64,000 bases of DNA, from NCBI RefSeq assembly GCF_048593235.1, contig NC_133618.1:578912889-578976888 (forward strand). The letters are read 5' to 3'. The DNA comes from Sminthopsis crassicaudata (lineage: Eukaryota). Of the stretch, positions 1-11,373 are shown in pieces (position 1 is the stretch's first letter; each line of letters begins with the position of its first letter). The position numbers and the translations under genes were made by a program. Under the pieces are notes generated by a model, which made no database searches, was not told where the DNA came from, and saw only the letters and a program-made list of their open reading frames with translations.

Positions 1-490
1 GTGGCCGGACTCCGACTCCCTCCTGGGGCTCCGACTTTCCCTTCTCCTGCACCAAAGGAAGCCCAGCCTGACCACTCGACACGTGACCCAGGACTCGTTT
101 CTCCCCCTCCCCCCAGAGCCCATTGTTTCTTCTGGGTTACAGATCACTTAGTTCTAGGGTCCCCCTAGTTCTGACATCTGGCAGGACTCTGTCCTCATTC
201 TTTTTTCTTCTTCACTGCTCCAATTCCTAGGGCTTCCCCTCCCCCCGCTTTTCCGGCCCTGTCTCCCCCTTTTTTTGGTTGCTTTAATAAAAAAACCGGG
301 GGTGGGGAAGAAGAGGGGTGCATGTTGCTGTAAACACGGCGGGGAACCAGCTTAACAAGGAGTCCGTCCTTCGTCCTCACTCTCCTCTAAACCTCCTCCC
401 GCCCGCCGGTCTCCGCCTCGGCCGCGCGACGGACTATCAGCCATTAAATCACTCCCGCAGACTTCGCGGTGCAACGGACTCTCGACTCAC

Positions 491-760
491 CGTGTGAAGT
501 GCCCGGAAAAAGAAGTTAGAGGTCCGGGGTCGTCCGCAATTTATTCACCCTACAATGTATTCGGCGCAGCCGCTGCCCTTCACTGTCCGCGGCCACAGCC
601 CCTTCCCCGACCCGGACCCGGAAGAGCTTGCCTCGACGTCCGCTAATAGGACCAGAGGAATGCAATTCTCGTCGTCGATTGGTAGGCGTTAGAACGCCTT
701 TCTCCATCCGTTGTTGATTTCCCGCCCCCTCTTCCCTCGCCCCCTCCCACTTCCGCCGGC
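491..760 (-). other. ATP5MK: Putative non-coding first exon of the divergent minus-strand gene (ATP5MK/USMG5 by synteny); TSS end uncertain
   Basis: Minus-strand donor GTGAGT at 490-485 (+ strand ACTCAC) inside the CpG island. In human ATP5MK is head-to-head with PDCD11. No ATP5MK coding sequence is in the window, so identity rests on synteny. Confidence 0.55.
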
Positions 761-859
761 GCGCTCCCCTTTACCAGAAACGAGCGGAAGAAGTTTCAGA
801 CGGCCAGATTTGCTTCCGGAAGTGCTTTCTTGGCCGCGCTGATCCACGTGGGGCTGAGC

Positions 860-950
860 TGAAAAACCGTAGCTAGGGAGAAGTTCTCCCGGGCTCCCCT
901 TCTGGCCTCTGTTCCCCGGCCCCCCGTTCGGACGCCGGCTCCCGGGACAA
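860..950 (+). other. PDCD11: PDCD11 non-coding exon 1 (5' end approximate)
   Basis: Strong donor CAA|GTAAGT at 951; next exon starts after the acceptor at ~1577 and holds the ATG. Confidence 0.7.
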
Positions 951-1585
951 GTAAGTGAGATCCAGATCCCGGCCCAGCTCCCAGCCTTTAACGCGGCCTT
1001 CCCCGGGCTTCAGCCTTCTCCTTTGCCGACGGAGGGGTTGGTCCCGATCCGGGCATCTTAACGCGCGTCGCCCTGTGGGCTTTCTAAGTAACGCATTTTG
1101 AGCATTACTTCAGCAGAGTTATTTGTGTATTTAAAGCCGTGCCTCGGAGAGCGGCCCCGTGGGGGGTTATTTACCAGCCTGCGGAGAGCGCCCAGGAGAT
1201 AAAAATCCTCCGCGTTGGCTTATTTTTCCGGGGTATCTGAAAGCGCTCGGGTTCCCCCCCTCTCCCGGCACATTGACACCTGGACGTGGTCGGGGGCTGT
1301 CGCTCTGCAGGCTCTGGCCCCGTCCCTGCCCCCATCCCGGCGTGCGGGGGAATGGACCACATGATCTCCGAGTGGCCAGAAAGAGCCGGGGCCGAGAGTC
1401 TGGCCTGAGAATCGGGAGAGAACGGTCCTCTCCGTCACCACGCCCCCTTCCCCGGGACTGCCTTTCTGACTGCGGCTTCTGGTTTAAGTGGCCTGGGCGG
1501 TGCTGGGTTGTTTAGGGGTTGGGCCCTGTGATGCTCATCATATTTCACTGTAATTCACTGTGCTTTTTCTCTTGAAGAGACTGAC

Positions 1586-1687
1586 ATGGCATCCCAGGAA
1601 GACAGCTTCCCGCGAGGGGGCTCGAAAAAGAAAGCGCCCGGGGAAAAAAACCCCCAGCAGCCGGTGGAACATGACAATTTATTCGAT
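1586..1687 (+). CDS. PDCD11: PDCD11 exon 2 (coding part)
   Basis: [12 protein letters not shown]...DNLFD; donor GTAAGT 1688. Confidence 0.93.
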
Positions 1688-3362
1688 GTAAGTGGGGGGC
1701 TTGTGTGGCCAGAGAGGCCCAGGCGGTGACAGTTTGACTCTAGAATTCTTAAGAACACTGGACTTTAGATCCCTTGTAAGATGGGTGTGTGTACGAGAAC
1801 AGCTGAATGGCCAGGCCCAGGGGGTCTCACCCTGGGGTTCTCAGATACTTCCAGATGTAAGCCCTCCCGCTGCTCTCGGGGAAGGGGAGGGATAAAGTGA
1901 AGTGAGACTGTCGGGGAGTTAGGTTCTGGGAAACTGGAGGCCTAGAAGCAGATGTAAAGCTGGTGTCACGCAGTCCAGCCTGGGCCTATTGCACATTCTT
2001 GCCTAAGATTATTCCCTCTTCAGTCCAGTTTACACACAGAGCCGCTCCTTCCTGTTACCTGCAGGATCAAATGGGGGTACTCTGGATACTATGTCCTTCA
2101 CAACCCTACTCTGCTTTCATCCTTACCATACATTGCTCTTTTTCTCTTAATCATCCATCTAAACAGGGCCCTCCCTCCTCTGACTGTGGCTGTTTCCCCC
2201 TCTCCCATACCTACAATTCTCCCCCTAACTCCCAGTTCATAGAATTCTTTCTTTACTTCAAAATTCTCCCCAAATACTACGGGTTATATGATGCCTCCCA
2301 CTGCCCAGTTCCCTTCTTTTTTTGGTGGGGGGGTGTTATATATGTATTTGTGCACACAAATTTGTACACAAAAATTCCCATGTGTAGCAGAGGGCCTGAT
2401 ACACAGCAGTAGTCATGTAAAAAATTTTTTGGAATGATTGATAGTATAACTCTAGATTTTTCCCCATTGCCTGTTGTAGCAAGGCCTTGTGCTTGCAGTA
2501 TAAGAGCTAGGAAATGATCCTGCCATTAAGCACCATAGTCCAATAGGAAATAAAATATATACCAAGTTAGCTGTGGTATGAGGCAGACTAAGGAAAGTGC
2601 CATAAGGATGATAGAAGACAAAACAAGCTCTCTGACAGAAGGGCCAGGTGAGTCTCTAGGCAGAGACATAAGACAAATGTTTGACCTGTAGTTTCCAGGA
2701 CATAAAGGGGGTAGGAGATGGGAAGAAGTAAAGAAGGAATACAGGTTGGAACCAGATGATAAGAGTTTGGACTTAATCTTGGAGGGAATGGAAAACTCCC
2801 TGCGCATTTTTGAACCAGGGAGAGATGTGAGGAGCGCCAAGCTTCAGAAATAGTAGGAAAGACAAGGAGAGCAAGGGCCTAAAGTTCAAGGATTAGGGCA
2901 GCAAGTGAACTGCCATTGGAGCGGGAAGAGTTGGGAATTGCCTTCTGTTCTCTTTTCTTTACTTCTCTGGGTCTTGATGGATTTCTTCTAGGTTCCTACT
3001 GAGGAAGGACCCCGAAAAAGGAAAAGGAGCCAAGAACAAGGTGCTAAAAATAAAAGGTCAAAGATAGAAAAAAAGGAGACCAGCAGACCTGAAGCAGAGC
3101 CCTGTGGAATCCTCAGGATTGAGGTGTGTTGGCAGTGACTGGCAGGCAGGTGGGCTTCCTGAACTCTTAGGTCACTGCCCTTGCCAGTAGTGCCAGTTGT
3201 ATCTGCAGTGGTGCTACCCAAAATTGAGTAATGTTAATCCAGTAAGGTTTATGAAGCAAACGGAATAGTCCTTGACCTGTTTCATGCACCAAAGCACCAG
3301 GGTTTTTTGGTGGAGTCAAGAATGTTAGAGAAGAAAAGGACTTTAGAAGTCATCAAGTCCAG

Positions 3363-3401
<39 letters not shown>

Positions 3402-6400
3402 CAGTGGGGAAACAGATTCAGAGAGGGGAAGTCACTTAACCCAGGGTCACTACTGGGGACTAAGGTCTCCATACTCAGTGTTGTATCATAACCCTACCTC
3501 CTCCCCCAATGAGGTGATTCACTGTTTTTCCAGGCTCTGACTGAGGGAATGCGGCTCCTGGGATGTGTGAAGGAGATAAATAATCTGGAGCTTGTGATCA
3601 GTCTGCCTAATGGCCTTTGGGGATATGTGCAAGCAACCAATATCTCTGATGCCTATACCAAGAAATTGAACGAACAGTTGGATCAGGAGGAGCCCCTGGA
3701 GGTAAAGGGGAAATGAACAGAACTTCCTCTTTCTAGGCCTGGGTTGGTTGGGAGCTGGATAGAGTCCCTGGATGCTGACTGCTCTCCAAGTTGTAATTCA
3801 AAATTCTTCTTTGGGTTAAGGAAGAGAATTCAGGGCAAAGGAATAATAGTAATAGTTTCTCACATTTACTTTCATTGTCTTCAGAACTCACAATTGGTCA
3901 TTTCATTGACCAGAGTTCTGAAGTCTTTAATAATGCTAATTGTGATTATCTTGTAAATTAGTTTTGGGATTCTGATTTAATTTTGTATCAGTTCATATAA
4001 GTCAATTAGTTAGTCAAGAGGCATTTATATAGTGCTTTTTACATGCCATACACCACACTAATAACTAGACCCAGAAGAGGCCAAAAGTCAGTCCCTGCCC
4101 ATCTTCCCTTCGCTGCTCAATATTTGCCAATCTTCTGCTTGTAAGATGAAACCTTACAATTGATTTAATTTGTGTATCTCTTTATTGTTTTCTATTTGGA
4201 GAGTTGTTTCACCATTCAGTGGATAGTTTGCCTTTCTTCGTTTGAAATGTTGCTAGTGAATAAGCACTTTGCATTGCCCTCTTGGAGGACCAGCTAATGT
4301 AACTTATCTGTGACATCTTTACTTGCCCATTTGGTGATGCCATTGGAGAATATGGTACAGATAGGCATCTTGCAAGATGACAACTTACAGGCTTGTCTTG
4401 AGCTCAGGAGAGAAGCAGGCCCAGGGCTTCCCAACTTGGTTCAGAATGTCTCTCTGTCTTTGTTTTGTAGGACCTGGCTCCCTTGTCCGAGTTATTCCCG
4501 CCAGGATTGCTCGTGCGCTGTGTTGTCAGCAACCTTACGTCTGCCTCAAAGAAAAGCATCAAGCTGTCCCTGAACCCCAAGGATGTCAACAGGGTGCTCA
4601 GTCCTGCATCCCTGAAGCCAGGCATGGTAGGTGGTCTGGGACCTTCCCTGTGCCCTGCACGAGTGTAATGAGAGTAGAGGCTGGGGGAAGCAGCCGATCC
4701 TGACTGCACATGGGCTTGTCTTTTCTCGTAGCTGCTCACAGGCACGGTGCACAGTGTGGAAGACCATGGTTACCTGGTGGACATTGGTGTAACGGGGACC
4801 AAAGCTTTCCTGCCTTGGCAGAAAGAGCAGGAGTACGTCAAACAGAAGAACAAAGGTGAGGGGGAGGGAGTCTGGGGTGTGTGCAATTTCTGTGTGTTTA
4901 GCTTCCCTTTATATATATTTTCATATATACATACATGTGCGCGCACACATATCCATGTACTTTATATTTAGCCCCATTTTTAAAGATTACTTGTTTAAAA
5001 TGGGCTGCATAGGAACCCATTGTAGAAATTCTGGAATGTGGATCTTTATTTTTTTTTTTTTTTTATGCATCCATTCATCAGCCCTTTATTAAATACTTAC
5101 TATGGGTAAAGAACTGTCCTAGAGGCTGGACTTTCTTCTACATGTCCAGACCATCCCAGAGGCTGGAGGAGGAAGGAAATGCTAATGGACCTTACAGTCT
5201 AGCAATGGAAGATATATGGTATTGCACAACAGCCAGAGGCAATTGGAATCTGATAAGAGCACTGTGGTAAAGATTTGGTGCCATGTGAGGTCAAGGGAGC
5301 TCATTTGGGACTAGGAGAATTGGGGAATTTGCAGGTGAGATGGCATTTGAACCAGGCCTTGGAGAATGTAAAAGGTCTTAGGTAGAAAGGTGCGCATTGT
5401 TTGGTGTTCCTACTGAAATGTCTTTTATTAGAATTTTTCACTCACCTGGCCTTCTGTGAGGACTCGCAGTTGTGATTTCAGCTTTTGGCCTCATTTTAAT
5501 GGGGCGGTTTTTAATTATAAATTTTATTTCTAGGAAATTCCTAGGTGTAAATGAAATCCATTGTGAATAGGGGTTTTTAAAGGTAGCTGCTGTCCCAGCA
5601 CTGTGCCCAATACAGAAAGTATCCTTAATAAATGTTGCTTAATTGATTGATTGGAAATAAACCTGGGATAGTAACTGGACCCTGGAAACTAGATTTTTCT
5701 GGCAAAGGAATAACTCCTTCAAGAGTTGGGCCCAAGAGAACAGGTTCTTGTCACAGGGAAAATGCTCCTCTTTGAGGATTACTTTTCACTTTCAGATACT
5801 AAGCTGCGTGTGGGCCAGTATCTGAACTGCCTCATTGAAGAAGTAAAAGGCAATGGGGGGAGTGTCCTTCTGTCCACAATACAGTCTGCTGTTTCTGCGG
5901 CCATTGCTACAGAGGAACAAAACTGGACATTGGATAACCTATTACCAGGACTGGTGGTTAAAGCTCAAGTGCAGAAGGTAAGCCACAGGATGCCAGTTAA
6001 ACCAAAGCTGATCAGATCCCCACATGGGATTGTTTAATCAGGCTACTAGTCCTAAATAGTTCACTTTTCTAGGTGAGTAGTGCTGTTCCTAAGCACTTGC
6101 TGTGATTGTATAGCAAAGTTCCCATTAGACTGGGAGCTCTTTTAAAGTGGGACTGAATCCTCCTCATCTGAACAAGAGCATCCTAGAGCATCTTCTCCAT
6201 TGGATCCTGGTAATGGGTGGTGCTTACAGTACAAGGAGAGGATCAGTGTTTGGATGTTGTGCTCACATTGTTACCTCTAGGAGTGAAGGGGCAGCCTAGA
6301 AGGGGCAAATCATTGATCTTGTAGCCTCAGTTTCCTTCTCTATGAAATGAGAGGATTGGACTTGATACTCTTTTAGGGAATTTCTAGCTATTATTATTAT

Positions 6401-9400
6401 TATTATTGTGGCAGAGTGTGATTATTTAGATCTTACAGCAGGGGCTCTAAACCTGTAATCTGTGAACTTGATAGTGTTTTTTAAAAATACTTTGGTAACT
6501 ATTTCAGTATAATTGATTTATTTTCTATTTTCACTTAAAAACATTTCTGAGAAGGGGCTTCTCTGGACTATCCAAAGGGTCAGTGATACAAAAGTTTAAA
6601 AACTTCTTTTTTGGAGGAGAGATTGGCCTCTATCTAGAATGTGGCTTCTTAAACTTTTTCCACTCATGATCCCTTTTTGTCCAAGAAATTTTCATGTGAC
6701 TCTTGAGTATATAGGTTCATAAATTAGGTGTACAAATTAAACATTTACTGATAATAAATCATAACTTCACAACCCCCACATTTAGTTGTGAATTGCTGGG
6801 ATATAGAAGATGTAGTTTATAGCATTTATTTATTTAAAAAAAAAAATCTCAATATCAAGTCTCACCCTTTACTGAACTCTTCCTTTGGGAAGATTCTGAG
6901 CAGATGTCAGTGTATATCAGCAAATTTCAAGCTCTCCAGATTTTCCCTACAAACAGAACAAATTTGTGCCTCAGGGCGAATATAGACTGGTGAAAGATCA
7001 AGATTTGGGGCAGAATAGGGATCTTCCTGATACAGCCCAAGATCTGAAGAAAGATCCCAGACTGGGATTTACCAGAACCCATGTGAAGTGCAAACACCTC
7101 CCTCCAGCTAGTTCTACAGAAACACCAAGTGAAGACCCCTGGGGCTGGAGCCACACCAGGAACCAGAGACTTTGACCTCACAGACAGTTTGAGGAGGGTC
7201 TGAGTTTTGGGAAGACTGAGTGAATCTTGGCTGATCAGGAATGCCAAACTCAGCTGTGCTACTGAGATTGGGCCCTGGGCAAGAAGGAATCGGCACGCCA
7301 GTGTGTGTGCAGAGGCAGTGGGACAGGGATGCTGCTGGCTGCAGGCACTTGTAGGAGGTGGCAGCTCTTGGTTTGAGGTTCTAGGTCAGAAGAGAGAGCT
7401 GAAGGGAAGACAGGAGCAGCACCATCCTTCCAAACCTAGGATTAGAAATGCTTATACTGATACTTCTCATTAAAAAAAAAAAAAAAGAAACAAAGTGAAG
7501 AAAGAACCCAAACATAGAAACTTACTATGCGAATAGGGAAGATGTTCAACTTCAGAGGAGAACACTGAAGTTAAAAAAAAAAAAAAAAAGAATAGCTGCT
7601 TCTACCCTAAAGAATAACTGTAAATGGCTTCCTGCCTAGAGAGAATTTATAGAAGAACTCAAAAGAGAATTTAAAACTCAAATGAGACGGGGGGGGGGGG
7701 GGGGAGGAGGAAACGATGTAAGAAAAACCAACTAGAAAAGGAGACACAGAATTTTAGACAAAAATAACACTTTGAAAATCAGAATTGACCAAGGTGAAGC
7801 CAGTGAAGCTATGAGAGATCCAAGAATTAACAAAATAGAACAGAAAGTGATACGTCTTATAAGAAAGACAACAGATCTGGAGAACATATCAAGAAGAGAA
7901 AATATAAGAATAATTAGACTACCTGAAAGCTGCTTCTAAGAAAAGAACCTTGATATAGTAATGCAAGAAATACTCTAAGAAAATGGTTCTGGAGTGATAG
8001 ATCATGAAGAAAAAGTAGAATTAGAAAAAATTCACCAATCATCACCTCAGTGAGATCCTTTGTGGAAAACATGGGGATATAATTACTAAATTTTGTAACC
8101 TCCAGATAAAAGAAAATTTTGCAAGAAACAAGGAAAAAAGCGAATATGCTGGAGCTACAATTAGAATTTTACAGGACTTAGCAGCCACAGTAAAGAACCT
8201 CACATACTGGAATCATAACTGATGATCAAAAGAATTAGGCCTGGGACCAAAAATATATCCAGTAAGTTTATCCTAAAATATTCAATGGGAAAATGGGCAT
8301 TCAACGAACTTGGAGATTTTCATTTTCTATCAACCAAACCAGAATTCAGTAGAAAATATATAAGCCAACATCCATGATTAATTTTAAGGAATTTTACTTG
8401 TACACATTGCTTTCCAAATAGAAATGTATACCATACATCTGTGATTGACATCAGGAATTGGGTAGCTCAAAAAAATTTATACAAATGAGGTAAAGAGGAA
8501 AAATAGACTCAGGCATTAAAGGAAGGAGGACCTATAGTTCTGAAATTGGGAATGGGTTAAATAGAAAACACTACATATATACCATGAAAGGATATATAGC
8601 ACCTTCAGAATCTATAAAGAAGGAAGGGAAGTCAGAGTTGTACACAAAGAAGATAAGAAAGGGATCATGAGTAGAGGGAGGTTAAGTAATAGCAAGGCAA
8701 GTTAAGGAGCAAGATAAAAATGGTGGAACACCAAGAGGAGATGTGCATAAATATGACAGATCAGGAGTCGAATTTATTAGGAAAAAGTACGACTAGTAAT
8801 TGTTAACTTTAGACAGTCAAGTTTGAAGATTTAATTAAAAGAGAAATTTATATTATATGTCAGCCATACTAATATTGTTTTAGATGCATGTTTATATATG
8901 GGTAAATCTATGTGTGTGTGCACACTGTCTATAAGTATATATGGATATATGTATTTAAGGATCTTGATGAATATGTATGTATGTATGTGTGTGTGTATAT
9001 ATCTATTAAACATATCTGTACTTAACTATAGTCTGTGTTGGGGAGGTGTGGGGGGGAATGAAAAGAAGGAAAAGAACAAAGTTTCAAAAAGTGCACAGCA
9101 GAGAACAAAAGAACCCTATGATGAAATAAAGAAAAAATGAGCAAAAAAAAAAAAATTCTGCCATGCAACAAATTAAATAAATTTGAGTAAAATCCAAAAA
9201 TAAGTCTGATACTACATGCAACATTATGCACTTCTAGTCTTTGCTTCTACTGAGAGAGAGGGGTCTATTTTTTCCACTTTTCCCTAAACAAGATGGGTTA
9301 TTATTCATCTGAGTTTATTGTGGTATTCCAGTTTATGTTTTTATTTCTGTAAATATTTTCCTGTTCATTCTATATCAATTATATATAAATCTTCCCAGGT

Positions 9401-11337
9401 TACTCTGAATTTCTTATTTTCATTATAAAGTTGTATACTTTTCCCTTAAATTTATATAGCATTTCACATTTCCAAATTGATGAATCACTTCTAAGAAAAG
9501 GAAATTTTGTTACCACAAAGAGTATTGCTGTGCAATTTTTAATTGACCACTTTTATATCCAGCTGTGGGATGGTTTGGTATAAACTTATTAGTGACTTTT
9601 TTTGCATAAATTCAAATTGTCTTCTGGAATGGTTGTTGGCTTATTTCCTACCTCCCCTGACTGAATATTGATGTGTCTTAATTCCCCATAGGCCCTCCAA
9701 CATTGATTCTTTTTTTTTTTTTTAATGATTCTGGCTGATTTATGATGTAAAATGTAGGAGCTCTGTCTTTAAACTTGCTGTTACTTCTCTTTGCAGGTGA
9801 CCCCTCATGGTCTCACCCTGAGTTTCTTCTCTTCCTTCACTGGACTGGTTGACTTTATGCACTTGGATTCTAAAAAGGCAGGACATTACTTCCAAACCCA
9901 AATGGTAAGAATTTCTAGGATTTGTCCCCAACTGCCTTCTGCTACCTTTGTTTCTCTTTTAGGGTGAGGTGGCCAATCATAATTACCAGGAGTTTTGGAG
10001 GCCAGAGGTCTCTGACCTGAGTCAACTCCTCTGGAATAATGGATTGAGTAAGAAGACAAAATAGCTGTTACCTTGAGGACTTGATTTTGTGACTCTGATT
10101 TGTGATTATTCTCTCCTTATCTTTATCCTGGTGAATTTTTAAAAGGAAGAACTATTATAAAAATTGATAATTGTGTAATATATATTATGTTTTCTATATA
10201 TCCTCAATAACATACAGGAGGTAGGTGCCATTTTATCCTCGTTAAGAAAACAGGGTAGGTGAGAAAATCTTGCCCAGGTCCAGACAGCTAATGTGTGTGT
10301 CTGAGGGAGGATTGGAACTCTGGTCTTTCCGGTCCCAAATCCTAGCATCTCTCCACTTTGCTCTTTGCCTCAATTTTCTTTGCACTCCTTGTCGTGAATG
10401 ATTTGTTTTTATCTTAGAGGTTTGAATTATATATAGACTTAAGAGTTTTAGCAGAAAGCCAGACTTTCTCAGAATCTTTTTCCATTATGGCAGTCATAAT
10501 TAAGACCAAAACTATAACTTAATATAATATTGCTGCCAGTTATAGTAATAGCTTGAGGGAACCCTTATTAATGAATTGTGGACTTCGGTTCTGAATATGC
10601 TGCCTTTGTAATCACCTGAGGCTTCAGCAGAGATTAACCAATGGCCAGAGTAGGGAATCCTTCCTGTGATTGTGGTGTTCCTCAGCCATAGTTAGTTACA
10701 CCCTGTCACCTGAGCCAGCATCTCATTACTTGGGAATGCCATTTTAGTCAGTTGTAGGCACACAGTACTGTTGTGGACCTATGGGTTAGGGCCATGTGGA
10801 TTGCACAGAGAGTGCATGTGGGGACATTGAGAGTTTGGTTCTTTGGAAGGTCTGGCCTAGGTGGCTTGATTGGCTCTGCTTCCTTTCTTGTTTAATGCAT
10901 TTTTTTTTCCTTGATCCTCCTCACAGGTGAGGGCCTGTATCCTCTCAGTTCATCCACGTACCAAGTGCGTCCGACTAACATTGCGCTCTTCCTTCCTGCA
11001 AGCTGGCCGCCCAATCACTCGCCTCTGCCACCATCTCATTGGAGTTGTGTTGAATGACGTGCCTGTTCAGGGCTTCTATGCAAAGGCTGGTGCCACCTTC
11101 AGACTGAAGGATGGATCTCTGGCCTATGCTAGGGTGAGGAGGGCGGGCATGGGCCCATTCTCACTGGAATGGCAGATGGGACACCTAGGCTCTTGGCTGT
11201 TTCCTCTCATACCTATGTGGAATTGTCTTTGTCTACTTTGGGAAATCCATAGAGGATGTTAGTCAGGTGGTCTTTAAGTCTAGCACTTTTCTAGCAGAGT
11301 ATTAGTTTTCCTTGATAGAATGAGTTGACGTGGGTTT

Positions 11338-11373
<36 letters not shown>

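Larger units (their letters stand above)
420..1130. promoter_or_regulatory. CpG island / bidirectional promoter (ATP5MK-PDCD11)
   Basis: High CpG/GC in a CpG-depleted background. ETS/GABP motifs (CACTTCCGCC ~748, palindromic CTTCCGGAAG 813-822 overlapping CCGGAAGTG 816-824). E-box CACGTG 845-850. Splice donors point outward on both strands (490 -, 951 +). Confidence 0.85.

Noticed and set aside
1159-1515. Overlapping 67-118 aa ORFs in PDCD11 intron 1
   Set aside because: CpG-island shore; no coding signal
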